A stretch of 64,000 nucleotides of DNA, taken from contig JAAFIH010000017.1 in the NCBI GenBank assembly GCA_013297755.1, forward strand, positions 26,264-90,263, written 5' to 3'. This document shows, piece after piece, positions 9,543-20,600 of this stretch. The stretch's first letter is position 1. Each line of letters opens with the position of its first letter. The stretch comes from Cytophagales bacterium (GTDB lineage: Bacteria > Bacteroidota > Bacteroidia > Cytophagales > UBA9547). The notes beneath the pieces are model-generated. The model had not been told where the DNA came from. It searched no databases and worked only from the letters and a program-made list of their open reading frames with translations. The position numbers were made by a program, and so were the translations under genes.

Positions 9543-11036
9543 ATGAAATTTTTATCCTATTTAGTCAAACCTATTGCTATTTTTATTACCAAAAGGAATG
9601 AAAAATGGATTAATCAACCCGTTCGATTTCAACAAAAAATATTGCTTAATTTAGTAGAAAAAGCAAAAAATACAACTTTTGGCCAAGATCATCATTTTGA
9701 TAAAATCACAAATTATGATAGTTTCAAAAAAAATATACCAATCTCAGATTACGAAAATCTAAAGCCTTATATCGAAAGAGTAAAATCTGGCGAATCAGAT
9801 GTATTATGGCCAGGCAAGCCTTTGTATTTTGCCAAAACATCAGGCACTACATCAGGCACCAAATACATCCCAATCAGCAAAGAATCAATTTCATATCATA
9901 TAAATTCGGCCAGAGATGCCCTTTTTAGCTATGTAAATGAAAAAAAAGATGCTCGATTTTTCGACCATAAACTAATTTTTTTATCAGGCAGCCCTGAAAT
10001 CGAAACTATCAATGGAATTTATGTTGGTAGATTATCAGGTATATCCAATCACCACGTGCCTCAATGGTTACGAAAAAACCAAATGCCTACTTACAAAACT
10101 AATTGTATAGAAGACTGGGAACAAAAAGTTGATGCTATTGTAGAAGAAACATTACCAGAAAAAATGTCGCTCATTTCTGGTATTCCACCCTGGGTACAGA
10201 TGTATTTTGATAAATTAGAAACAAAAACTGGCAAAAAGATAAAAGATATATTCCCCAATTTTTCACTTTTTGTTTATGGGGGTGTCAATTTTGAGCCATA
10301 CAAGCAAAAACTTTTTGAAAGTATAGGAAAAAAGGTTGATAGTATAGAAACCTACCCAGCCTCAGAAGGATTTATTGCTTATCAAAATTCTCAAAACGAA
10401 AGAGGTTTATTATTACTTGTCAATAATGGTATTTTTTACGAATTTATAACTGTGGATAGTTATTTTTCGGATGCTCAGGTTCGTATTTGTATCGAAAATG
10501 TAGAAATAGGTGTAAATTATGCTTTAATTATAAATTCAAATGCTGGCTTGTGGGGATATTCTATTGGAGATACTATCAAATTTGTATCATTGTTTCCTCA
10601 CAAAATAGTCGTAACTGGTAGAATCAAGCATTTTATTTCAGCATTTGGCGAACATGTGATAGCCCAAGAGGTAGAAAAATCGATGGAATATGCTTGTATG
10701 CAACATCCTGAGGTAAGAATATCAGAGTTTACGGTAGCACCCCAAGTAGTAGATAAGCAAGGTGGTCTGCCCTACCATGAATGGTTCATTGCATTTTCTA
10801 CCCTTCCTAATAATATGGCTTCTTTTGCCAAGCATTTGAATACTAAATTATGTGAATTAAATACCTATTATGATGATTTGATTAAAGGAAATGTGTTACA
10901 ACAACTAAAAATTACGGTTGTTGAGCCAGATGCTTTTATAAATTATATGAAAACCATTGGCAAATTGGGCGGCCAAAACAAAGTACCTAGATTGAGCAAT
11001 GATAGAGAAATTGTAGAGAAACTGAAAAACAAATAG
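9543..11036 (+). CDS. GH3 auxin-responsive-promoter family protein (adenylate-forming)
   Basis: FAKTSGTTSGTKYIP P-loop-like motif and overall GH3 layout. The ATG at 9543 is preferred over the TTG at 9537. Confidence 0.8.
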   Translation: MKFLSYLVKPIAIFITKRNEKWINQPVRFQQKILLNLVEKAKNTTFGQDHHFDKITNYDSFKKNIPISDYENLKPYIERVKSGESDVLWPGKPLYFAKTSGTTSGTKYIPISKESISYHINSARDALFSYVNEKKDARFFDHKLIFLSGSPEIETINGIYVGRLSGISNHHVPQWLRKNQMPTYKTNCIEDWEQKVDAIVEETLPEKMSLISGIPPWVQMYFDKLETKTGKKIKDIFPNFSLFVYGGVNFEPYKQKLFESIGKKVDSIETYPASEGFIAYQNSQNERGLLLLVNNGIFYEFITVDSYFSDAQVRICIENVEIGVNYALIINSNAGLWGYSIGDTIKFVSLFPHKIVVTGRIKHFISAFGEHVIAQEVEKSMEYACMQHPEVRISEFTVAPQVVDKQGGLPYHEWFIAFSTLPNNMASFAKHLNTKLCELNTYYDDLIKGNVLQQLKITVVEPDAFINYMKTIGKLGGQNKVPRLSNDREIVEKLKNK

Positions 11037-11066
11037 TGCCTTCTAAGCCATTTAAAAGGCACTATT
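11035..11066. terminator. bidirectional hairpin between convergent genes
   Basis: AGTGCCTT-13 nt-AAGGCACT followed by TATTTTG. It lies between the GH3 stop (11036) and the BON-LysM stop (11074). Confidence 0.35.
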
Positions 11067-11073
11067 TTGTAAA

Positions 11074-11541
11074 TTATAAAACAGGTATTCTTAACACCTG
11101 ACCAGGATAAATCTTATCGACATGTTTCAACATAGGTTTGTTGGCCTCAAAAATAATTTCATATTTCATTGGGTCGCCATATACCACTTTTGAGATTTTT
11201 GAAAGCGTATCGCCACTAACTACAGTATGAAAAGTAGCCGATGGTTTTGGCACAGATACAATCATATTGTTATCTACACTTTCTACACCCTCTACATTAC
11301 CCACAGTGAGGGCAATTTTTTCGGCATGTTCTTGGTGTTCTACTTCTCCACCTAGCAATACAGTGCTGTCTTTGGTAACTTTGATATCCAATTTTTTGAA
11401 AGGAATGTTCATTTTTTGAACATGTTGAATCAAAGCTGTGGCTCTTACTTGAGCTTTTACTTCAGGTGTTGGTGCTTTTTTTTCTTCATCGCTGCCAAAT
11501 AATTTTTCACCAGCCGATTTTACAAAATCCATTAATCCCAT
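11074..11541 (-). CDS. BON + LysM domain protein (Kbp/YgaU-like)
   Basis: BON domain (KVTKDSTVLLGGEVEHQE...VEGVESVDN) followed by a C-terminal LysM (HTVVSGDTLSKISKVVYGD...IYPGQVLRIP). Confidence 0.8.
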   Translation of the reverse strand: MGLMDFVKSAGEKLFGSDEEKKAPTPEVKAQVRATALIQHVQKMNIPFKKLDIKVTKDSTVLLGGEVEHQEHAEKIALTVGNVEGVESVDNNMIVSVPKPSATFHTVVSGDTLSKISKVVYGDPMKYEIIFEANKPMLKHVDKIYPGQVLRIPVL

Positions 11542-11645
11542 ATATATAAGTGTTTATATTAAATTTTGCACAACTTAAAAATGAATTTTATAAAATGCAA
11601 ATTTATTAGCATCAACTTTTTACTTTTTTCGATTAATAATCATTA

Positions 11646-11740
11646 ATCAATGTCGATTACTTAATCATTTATTGTTGCCACTTCCATTGATCTTTCTCCA
11701 AAGGAGAAAGTAAGTAGGCCACTTAAGTAAACGACATTGA
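11646..11740. repeat. palindromic MITE/REP-like element, AATGTCG-TIR family, copy 1
   Basis: 18-bp terminal inverted repeats TCAATGTCGATTACTTAA / TTAAGTAAACGACATTGA (1 mismatch). They enclose an inner hairpin CTTTCTCC-aaa-GGAGAAAG. A second copy is at 44634-44730. Confidence 0.6.
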
Positions 11741-11765
11741 ATCAAGTATTTTTCAAAATCATTCT

Positions 11766-12527
11766 TCAAAAAATGATTTCTATGTTTTGGTCGTGATATG
11801 GTTTTATGAAATCTTTATTTATTTTGGTGTCAGTTATCAAATAGTTTAAAATACTAGCTGGCAAAAACTTAAAAAACGAGTTTTTTTCAATTTTTGAAGA
11901 ATCGCATAATAAAAAAACTTTATCAGCATTTAGAGCCATATTTTTTGTTATAGCTGATTCTCGTTCGTCATAAGAACTAATACCACCAGCTATGGAAACT
12001 CCGTCTGCACCAATAAAAGCTTTGGTTGCATGATATTCATTGATATTTTCAACTGATTTTTTGCCATAAGTAGCTTTTCTATTACTATCGACCTCGCCTC
12101 CAATGATGCTTATCTTGATATTTGGAAAATTTAAAAGCTCTAAAACAACTGGCAAAGAATTTGTTATTACTCGCAAATCTTTGAATCTGCCCAAAAGTTT
12201 TGATAAATGAAAAATAGTAGTGCCACAATCTATATATATAATATCACCATCTTGGATAAAATTAACAGCCTTTTCGCATATTTCTATTTTATTCAGCTTA
12301 TCATCGTTAAGTTTTAAATCAAAATTTGATAAAATAAGATCTAAATTATCAAGTTTTATGGCTCCACCATGCGTTCGCTGTAAAAGTCCTTTTTGATTCA
12401 GTTCGTTTAAATCTCTACGAATAGTCATCGTAGATACATCTAATTCTTTAGATAAAGCATCTACATCAACAATAGAAGTTTTTTGAACTATTTCAAGAAT
12501 CAATCTTTTTCTTTGTTCTTTTGGCAC
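11766..12527 (-). CDS. DeoR/GlpR family transcriptional regulator
   Basis: HTH region VSTMTIRRDLNEL plus a C-terminal sugar-phosphate sensor domain. The GTG at 12527 gives a normal 254-aa length; the maximal ORF extends to 12587. Confidence 0.8.
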   Translation of the reverse strand: MPKEQRKRLILEIVQKTSIVDVDALSKELDVSTMTIRRDLNELNQKGLLQRTHGGAIKLDNLDLILSNFDLKLNDDKLNKIEICEKAVNFIQDGDIIYIDCGTTIFHLSKLLGRFKDLRVITNSLPVVLELLNFPNIKISIIGGEVDSNRKATYGKKSVENINEYHATKAFIGADGVSIAGGISSYDERESAITKNMALNADKVFLLCDSSKIEKNSFFKFLPASILNYLITDTKINKDFIKPYHDQNIEIIF

Positions 12528-12690
12528 AACAATATTAATTAAGAGTTTATTAATTTGTATCAAAAATAGTAAATCAAACACAAACAAACAAATTTTTTCA
12601 TTTTTTTTACAAAATATTTTTTTAAATTGTTTATTATTGTTATTTTTGAAAAAAAATAATTAAAACGAACAATATTAAACATTTTAAAAT

Positions 12691-13503
12691 ATGAATGGTA
12701 AACAACTTAAAATTGAAAAATTATTTAGTAAAGGCGAAAATGCTGTTATTGTAGCTTTTGATCATGGATTATTTGATGGTCCAATTCCAGGTATGATAGA
12801 TTTGCCCAAAACTGCAGAAAATATCAATCCATGTGTAGATGGTGTACTTTTGAGTCCAGGAATGTTGCGTCATACACGCCATGCTTTTAACTATAAAGGT
12901 GCTCCTATGCCTATTGTTCGTATCAATTGGAGTACCATTTATTGTTTTCATTGGAATTACAATAGAGCTGTTACAGTAGCATTGCAACAAATAGAACAAG
13001 CAGTGTCTAATGGTGCCGAAATAGTGTTGATTTCTCTGACTATTGGTACTGGCGATGAGGTTGTGGATACACAAAATGTAGCAGTGTATACTGCTTTGAT
13101 GAACGAAGCCGAAAAATTAGGTATTCCAGTAATTGGAGAATTTTTTCCAGTTTCGTTTGGCAAACTTACACCACCACAAATGCACGAACAAGTATTATCA
13201 TCATGCCGTGTGATTACTGAAATTGGTGCTGATATGATTAAAACTTTTCATACCCACGATTTCAAAAAAGTAGTAGAAAGTAATCCTTTACCAATTTTTG
13301 GTTTAGGAGCAGAGAAAACGCCAACACAACTTGAAGCCCTAAAACTTGCTCAAAAAGAAGTTGAGGATGGTTGCAAAGGTGTAGTTTTTGGTAGAAATGC
13401 TATACAGGTAGCCAATCCAGCGGCTTTTCAAGCTGCTTTGTGCGAAGTTGTAAAAAAAGGAATGACTGCAACTGATGCTGTAAAAAAATTCAATCTAGTT
13501 TAA
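12691..13503 (+). CDS. class I aldolase, DhnA/FbaB/LsrF family
   Basis: AVIVAFDHGLFDGPIPG and GADMIKT (Schiff-base lysine context), 270 aa. Confidence 0.75.
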   Translation: MNGKQLKIEKLFSKGENAVIVAFDHGLFDGPIPGMIDLPKTAENINPCVDGVLLSPGMLRHTRHAFNYKGAPMPIVRINWSTIYCFHWNYNRAVTVALQQIEQAVSNGAEIVLISLTIGTGDEVVDTQNVAVYTALMNEAEKLGIPVIGEFFPVSFGKLTPPQMHEQVLSSCRVITEIGADMIKTFHTHDFKKVVESNPLPIFGLGAEKTPTQLEALKLAQKEVEDGCKGVVFGRNAIQVANPAAFQAALCEVVKKGMTATDAVKKFNLV

Positions 13504-13568
13504 CCCAATTTTTAATTTTAAATTAAAGTACTTGTACTATTTTGCAAGTACTTTTCTACGATTTTATT

Positions 13569-14357
13569 ATGAATTATTCAGCTATTCTATCTGATTTAAC
13601 GACTTTAGTAAAAGAAGTTGGGGCGTTTATGAAAAATGAACGATTAGATTTTAATTTCAAATCTGTCGAAATCAAAGGCTACAACAATATGGTTTCTTAT
13701 GTAGACAAAGAAGCTGAAAAAAAAATAATTTATAAATTACAACAACTTGTACCAGAAGCAGGATTTATTACTGAAGAAGATACTTTAAAAACCTCTTCTG
13801 ATAAAGCTATGAACTGGATAATTGATCCTTTGGATGGCACCACAAATTATTTGCATGGTAGCCCTATTTATGGAATCAATATAGCCCTTGCCAAAAAAGA
13901 AGATGTACTCATTGCAGTAACTTATCTTCCTCAATTGGACTTACTATATACTGCAACAAAAGGAAATGGAACTTATAAAAATGGCAATAAAATTACTTGT
14001 TCTGGAACAGAAAAATTAAAAGATTCGCTGATAATGCTTGGTTTTCCTTACGATCAAGGAGAGTATGAAAACAAATATGCTGCTATACTCAAAGAAATCA
14101 ATGCATCAACACATGGTTTTAGGCAAACTGGATGTGCAGCATTAGATATGGCATTGGTAGCAGAGGGAGCTGCAGATGCTTATATCGAATTTAATGTTTT
14201 TCCTTGGGATATAATACCAGGAATCTTACTCATAAAAGAAGCTGGTGGCACAATTTCAGATTTTAATGGTGGTAATAACTATTGGGAGGGTAAAGAAATA
14301 GTAGCAGCCACAAAAAACCATTCAGAGATTATAAATTTAATTCAAAAACATTGGTAA
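13569..14357 (+). CDS. inositol monophosphatase family protein
   Basis: WIIDPLDGTTNY and FPWDIIPG motifs. The ATG at 13569 is preferred over the upstream TTG at 13542. Confidence 0.85.
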   Translation: MNYSAILSDLTTLVKEVGAFMKNERLDFNFKSVEIKGYNNMVSYVDKEAEKKIIYKLQQLVPEAGFITEEDTLKTSSDKAMNWIIDPLDGTTNYLHGSPIYGINIALAKKEDVLIAVTYLPQLDLLYTATKGNGTYKNGNKITCSGTEKLKDSLIMLGFPYDQGEYENKYAAILKEINASTHGFRQTGCAALDMALVAEGAADAYIEFNVFPWDIIPGILLIKEAGGTISDFNGGNNYWEGKEIVAATKNHSEIINLIQKHW

Positions 14358-14366
14358 ATTACTAAA

Positions 14367-15548
14367 ATGAAAAACCCTGCACTTTGGCTCTTGGGCTTTA
14401 TATTTTTAATTGTAGGAGCTTTGTTTTGCATGAATGATGTAATTTTTCCCTATGTAAAAGATTATTATAAATTAAGTTATTTCCAAACTTCATTCATACA
14501 ATGGACTTTTTATTTAGTATATCTACCATTTCCTTTTTTTATATCCAATTTTGTAAATAAATTTGGATATAAAATTACTATTATACTTTCAATTTTAATT
14601 ACAATTATCGGAAGTATTGTATTTTATCCTTCATTTTTATTTTCATCTTATTCGCTTTTATTGTTATCAATTTTTGTAATTTCTTTAGGTATTACTATAT
14701 TAAATGTAGCTGCCAACCCATATTCAGTACTTTTGGGAACTCCCGAACAAAGTCAATTAAGAATAAATTTTGTGCAAGTTTTTGCAAGGATTGGCTATGC
14801 TATAACTCCTATTTTGGGCAATTTTTTGGTTAAGCCCACTGCTGATAATAATAATCCAACTATTTATTTACCCTATTTGGTTTTGTCGCTATTTTTTGGA
14901 ATAATTTTAATTTTATTTTTTATTATTAAAATGCCATCTTTTAAAACAGAAACTAATGAAAAAATGTCATTTAAAAGTATATTAGTATATTCAAAAAAAT
15001 ATCCTCATCTTATATTTGGTTCAGTTGCTATGTTTTTTTATGTAGGAGCTGAGGCCAGTACAGCCTCTTATTTTATAAGTTATTTTACTGATAAAGATTC
15101 AAAAATTACTATTGATATAGCTTCTCAGTATCTAACTTGGTATAATATTTTAGCAGGTTTTGGTGGTTTTGCAGGAATGTATGTTTTAAAATTAGTATCA
15201 GGAAGCCGATTAATTACTATTTTATCTTTCATTCTGATAATGATATATGGCTTGGTTGCCTTCCAAGTTTTACAATCTGAGTGGCTGATTATATCTTTAG
15301 GACTTTTTATTGCACCAATGTTTCCTACTATTTATGGATTATCTATAGAAAAACTGCATAATTTTACCATTCATGGTGCTGCTTTGGTTAGTATTGCTAT
15401 ATTTGGTGGAGCTGTTTTTCCGCCAATGCAAGGAATAATAGCCGACAACTATGGTGTGGCTTTTTCATATTTATTACCTATTATATGTTTTATTGTAGTA
15501 GGGCTTTATGGTATATGCTTTGAAAATCTATTAAATTCTAACAAATAA
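14367..15548 (+). CDS. MFS sugar transporter (FucP / glucose-galactose transporter-like)
   Basis: About 12 TM segments, 393 aa, with a layout typical of the FucP subfamily. Confidence 0.75.
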   Translation: MKNPALWLLGFIFLIVGALFCMNDVIFPYVKDYYKLSYFQTSFIQWTFYLVYLPFPFFISNFVNKFGYKITIILSILITIIGSIVFYPSFLFSSYSLLLLSIFVISLGITILNVAANPYSVLLGTPEQSQLRINFVQVFARIGYAITPILGNFLVKPTADNNNPTIYLPYLVLSLFFGIILILFFIIKMPSFKTETNEKMSFKSILVYSKKYPHLIFGSVAMFFYVGAEASTASYFISYFTDKDSKITIDIASQYLTWYNILAGFGGFAGMYVLKLVSGSRLITILSFILIMIYGLVAFQVLQSEWLIISLGLFIAPMFPTIYGLSIEKLHNFTIHGAALVSIAIFGGAVFPPMQGIIADNYGVAFSYLLPIICFIVVGLYGICFENLLNSNK

Positions 15549-15559
15549 ACTTAAAACAA

Positions 15560-17293
15560 ATGAAAACAAATTCTAAAAAATTGATTCTAAAAAGTATTGC
15601 AATAGTATTGGCTTTGTATAGTCAAGTAGCTGTAAGTCAGACTATAAAAGTAAAGGAAAAACTAGATAGTCTTTGTAACACAAAAATAAATTTTGATTCA
15701 AACAATAAATTATTGCCAAGATACTACCCCAATAATATAGGAAAGGCATATCATGAGGTTATAAAAATTACTGCAGAATTTATAAAAGATAAATCGCCTT
15801 TGGATAAGCAAACTGGTAAAGAATTATTATATACAACTTGCTGTTTTGAAGGCCCCCACATGAAAAAAGGCAACGAGATAGTTCAAGGAAAAGTAATTGG
15901 GGGTGTAGAAAAAGCAAATTTTGATAGAGTAGATTGGATGCACAACCCTGCTTGTGTATTTGCTGGCCTTACTCAAAGTCTAGCTTTGGACATGTATACT
16001 TATACTGGAGATATAGGATATATCGAAAAGGTAAGAAAAATGTTATTATATCAAATAAAATATGGTACAACACCTTCAAATTTTATTTGGAAAAATGTGC
16101 CTTATGCAAGTGCCGACCCCAAAGATACTATCTATCAAGGTTCGTTAATGTTGGAAAAAGAGGGCATGAGAGGAGATGGACTACATGGTATAGAGCCAGA
16201 CAAAATTGGAGAATTAGGGTACGCTTACATTAAATTTTATGAAATAACAGATGATAGCATTTTTTTAAACGCTGGGTTGAAATGTGCAGATGCGTTGGCC
16301 AAAAATGTCAATAAAGATGTATTGCCACAGCCCAGCTCGTTTGTGGCTACTCAAACAAAATTTTCGCCATGGCCATTCAGGTTAAATGCTAGAACTGGTA
16401 AAATATATGATTCTTATTGCTCACATGTGGTAGAACCAATAAGATTGTTTGACGAAATTATAAAAATCAAAGACAAAATTCAATTAGATACATCAAGAAT
16501 TAGAACATTTACACATACTAGAAAAATTGCACTTGATTGGCTTTATTCAAAAAATGGTCCAATGAAAACGTATGTGTGGTGCAATTATTTTGAAGACATA
16601 ATAAATGATGAAGAAAGAGCCAACAGAAATCAAGTAAGCCCAATGGAAACAGCAAGATATTTGTTAAACAATCCCAAAAATGCTTTAAACTTAGATATGG
16701 ATGTTTTGGCTTTGATATATTATGTTAAAAGTGCTTTTGGAGCAACAGAAACTGATGCTATAAAAGAACAAACTTGGTGCTATGAACCTATGGCAAGTCA
16801 TACTGCAAGATACGCCTCAGTGTGTGCTATGTACTATGAGCGTACCAAAATTGAATGGTTTAGAGAACAAGCATTAAGGCATTTTAACTATGCAACTTAT
16901 GTTGTAGAACAAAATGGAGCAGCTTGGGTTGGCCATACTTGGCCTGGCAGTTGGTGGAGCGATGGATACAGCGATTACATAAAACATTACTTTGATGGAA
17001 TGGCAGCTATTCCAGAATTTGCTCCAAATGATGCAGATCATGTTTTAAAATCAACTTCAGTTATTAAAAAAATAAATTATTCAACCTCAAATATATCAAT
17101 AAATACTTTTGATAATTCAGGAATTATTACTGCAACATTACTAAAAAAACCTAAATCAGTCCAAGTAAATGGCAAAATTTTATCTTTACAAAATACTTTA
17201 GACAAAGAAGGTTTCACATGGAAAGAAATGAATAAAAATGGATGTTTGAAAATTAACCACAACTCAGGAGATAAAATAGTAATCATTAAATAG
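15560..17293 (+). CDS. secreted hypothetical protein, possibly a glycoside-hydrolase-like helical barrel
   Basis: N-terminal signal peptide (IAIVLALYSQVAVSQ), 577 aa, last gene of the DeoR-adjacent cluster. No family was confidently recognised. Confidence 0.4.
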   Translation: MKTNSKKLILKSIAIVLALYSQVAVSQTIKVKEKLDSLCNTKINFDSNNKLLPRYYPNNIGKAYHEVIKITAEFIKDKSPLDKQTGKELLYTTCCFEGPHMKKGNEIVQGKVIGGVEKANFDRVDWMHNPACVFAGLTQSLALDMYTYTGDIGYIEKVRKMLLYQIKYGTTPSNFIWKNVPYASADPKDTIYQGSLMLEKEGMRGDGLHGIEPDKIGELGYAYIKFYEITDDSIFLNAGLKCADALAKNVNKDVLPQPSSFVATQTKFSPWPFRLNARTGKIYDSYCSHVVEPIRLFDEIIKIKDKIQLDTSRIRTFTHTRKIALDWLYSKNGPMKTYVWCNYFEDIINDEERANRNQVSPMETARYLLNNPKNALNLDMDVLALIYYVKSAFGATETDAIKEQTWCYEPMASHTARYASVCAMYYERTKIEWFREQALRHFNYATYVVEQNGAAWVGHTWPGSWWSDGYSDYIKHYFDGMAAIPEFAPNDADHVLKSTSVIKKINYSTSNISINTFDNSGIITATLLKKPKSVQVNGKILSLQNTLDKEGFTWKEMNKNGCLKINHNSGDKIVIIK

Positions 17294-17366
17294 CAAAAAT
17301 ATAATTTTATAAAAATTATATTTTTTTGTAAAATTATATTTTATTTGCATCAATAATACCAAAGTT

Positions 17367-17440
17367 CGGGAAGTAGCGTAGCCTGGTATCGCGCCAGCAT
17401 GGGGTGCTGGAGGTCGTGGGTTCGAATCCCGCCTTTCCGA
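17367..17440 (+). tRNA. tRNA-Pro (anticodon GGG)
   Basis: The cloverleaf can be drawn. Acceptor CGGGAAG/CTTTCCG, anticodon stem CCAGC/GCTGG with loop AUGGGGU (U33, GGG, G37), T arm GTGGG-TTCGAAT-CCCGC, discriminator A. CCA is not encoded. Confidence 0.85.
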
Positions 17441-17613
17441 CTATTTTTATTTTTTTTATTTTTTTAGAAATAAATATTTATTTCTTACATTTGAAAAATT
17501 AAATTTTTCTTAAAATCAAAAAAATATTCACTGTCTCTAAATTTCGTTTATTGACAACTTATGTTGATAATTAATATTTTATTAGAAGTTACACAATAAT
17601 AATACGCTATAAA

Positions 17614-20600
17614 ATGAAAAGAATCTTAGGTATTTTTCTAGTTTTTGTATCAATAATTACTTTTGGTATAGATTCGTCTACAAAAAGTAACGAAATTTAT
17701 TTAAAAATAAAAGAAAATACTGATATAGACTTAGAGGCCTATTTTTTTAAAAAAATTAAGAATCCAAATCCTAGTAAAGATAGCGATATTCAATCCATTT
17801 TTAAAATTTTTGATAATTACCAAGTAACAGAATCAAAAAAAGCATTTAAAATAAACAGCCCAACTTTCAATAGAACATATAGAATTACTTTTAGAGATTC
17901 AACACAAATAGATTTGTTCTTGACAGCATTGAATAATAATAAATGGATAGAATATGCCGAAAAAATACCCATTTACAAATCATTTTATACACCCAATGAT
18001 TTGCATCCTAATCAATGGTATTTGTCTAAAATAAATGCAACTCAGGCGTGGGATTTGAGTGTGGGAAGCCAAAAAGTTGTAATTGCAGTGGTTGATGATG
18101 CAGTAAGGCTTGATCATCAAGATATAGCACCCAATTTATGGGTAAATCCAAATGAAATAGCAGGAAACAGCATAGACGATGACGGAAATGGGTATGTAGA
18201 TGATATAAATGGATATGATGTGGCTGACAACGACAACAATCCATCAACGACAGATGAGGAAAAAACTCATGGCACTCATTGTGCAGGCATAGCAGGAGCC
18301 AAATCTAATAATGGGTTTGGCATAGCCTCAATATCAAGTAATTGCAAAATAATGGCTGTAAAATGTACAAGTGATTCAGATTTTGGACCAACTTTGCCTT
18401 ACGCAGATGTTGGACTAGCTTATGCTATAAATGCAAAGCCAAATGTAATCAGCCTTTCATGGGGTAGTTACAGTTATTCACAAACAATTCAGAATTTGAT
18501 AAACAATGCCTATAATGCAGGAATTATAGTTGTGGCAGCGGCAGGTAACGACAATTCTTCGATTTTGATGTATCCTGCATCTTATAACAATGTAATTTCG
18601 GTAGGTGCTACCAATAGCAGTGATATTAAAGCTAGTTTTTCTAATTTTGGCTCAAAAATAGATGTGATGGCTCCAGGCCAAAATATTTGGAGTTCTATGT
18701 CAAGTTCAACATCTGATTTTGATTATCTTAGTGGTACATCAATGGCCTGTCCCCTTGTGGCAGGGCTTTGTGGATTAATGAAAGCTACCGAACAAAATGC
18801 TTCAAATGTATTGATTGAAGCATGTTTAAAGAGTTCTGCTACAAATATTGATGTAATAAATCCAGGTTTTAGCAATAAACTTGGTTCTGGAAGAATAGAT
18901 GCATTAAAAGCACTTCAGTGCATTAGTGGAAAACCATTAGTAGATTTTATAACAACTACAACCTCAGCTTGTGTTGGACAACCAATTACTTTTTTAGATA
19001 AAAGCTTTGGTCAGAATATTACAAATTATAGTTGGACGTTTATTGGAGCAAATATTACTACTTCAACTTTGAAGAATCCTGTAATAATTTACTCAAATCC
19101 TGGCACTTATTCAGTAATTCTTGCAGTTACAAATCTAAAAGGTAATTCAACTTTAGTTAAAACAAACTATATTAACATTAAAAGACCATTAGCCCGAATT
19201 TCGGGTACAGAAACTATTGTAAGAGGACAGCAAACCCCTTTGATTATCAATTTTAATGGAAATCCACCTTATAGCTTCACTTTGAGCGATGGAACTACAA
19301 ATACCCCAATATCAAATATTTTTTCAAATCCCCATTTTCGATTTGTAGCTCCAAATTCTACAAGAAATTATACGATAAGCAATTTTTCAGATGCAAGTTG
19401 TGTGGGTTCTGCAACTGGGATAGCCATGATTACAGTATCAACAGTTGCAAGTCCACCACCTCCAATAACTACACCAGGTAATAATTGTGTGTCAAGCGAT
19501 GGCTTGGTAGCTTATTATCCTTTTGATGGAAATGCTAATGATATGAGTGGGAATGGGAATAATTCACCTTTTTTTAATTCAAGCTTTAATTCTATAGGTA
19601 GGTTAGGACTTCCAAATACAGCACTTTCTTTTACTGGCAGCAATTTACTAGCTATAAATAATACTTTAGGTAATTTTGGAACAGGAGATTTTGCTTTTTC
19701 ATTTTGGTTTAATTCAAAAGATGTCAACAAGGTAAATAGATTTTTTGCAAAAAGACAAAATGATGATTTTGATAACTATTTTTCAGTACAAGTTTCAAAT
19801 GGAAAATTATATATTGAAACTTCTGAAAATATTTTTAGGTATTATGTGATTGAAAGTTCAAGTATTATTCAAAATAATACTTGGTATCATGTTGTAGCAC
19901 AAAGAAAAAATAATGAATTATTTATATATCTCAATTCAAATCTTGCAAATAGCAACTTAATTAATGGTTCAAAACAAAGTATAAACATTAATAATAATTT
20001 TGATTTTTTAATAGGTAATGCAAGATTAACCAATGGAAGTCCTTTTAATCAAGGCTTGTTTGGTGGTATAGAAGATATTAGAATCTACAACCGTGCCCTA
20101 TCAGACTGCGAAATCAAAAAATTGTATGATTGTAATAGTACTTGTAGTGAACCTGTTTCTTGTGCAGCAACTAATGGTTTGGTTGCCTACTATCCATTTG
20201 ATGGAAATGCGAATGATGCTAGTGGGAATGGAAGGCATGGAACTTTGCCGTCTGGAAATTCAATAAGTTATGAAGCAGGAAAAGAATTACAAAGTGTTCG
20301 TTTTAATAATTCAAATCATATAACTGCATTTGATAAGAAAGATTATATAACCTTACCAAACCTATCTACAAACGATTTAACTTTTTCATTTTGGCATTTG
20401 TTTACTTCAACTGCTGGACAATCGTTTGGTTCTTGTCCTATTTATCAAATTGGTATAGAAAGCAACATAGGATTAAGTCTTGGAATTAGAAAAAATAATA
20501 TTTCAAATAAATTAGATGTTTTGATTACAAATTTTTATAATGTAGGAAATCCACTAAATCAATTTTATGAGTTAAGTTTAGGGTATATTCCTGACAATAC

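Noticed and set aside
15934-16233. 99-aa plus-strand ORF within the 577-aa gene in another frame
   Set aside because: It is fully nested in a longer ORF that has a signal peptide, and its composition (Arg/Cys/Trp-rich) is typical of off-frame translation.
17367-17613. tRNA-Pro as an integration site for the downstream giant gene (genomic island)
   Set aside because: There is no integrase and no direct repeat of the tRNA 3' end downstream within the window. The adjacency alone is not evidence.
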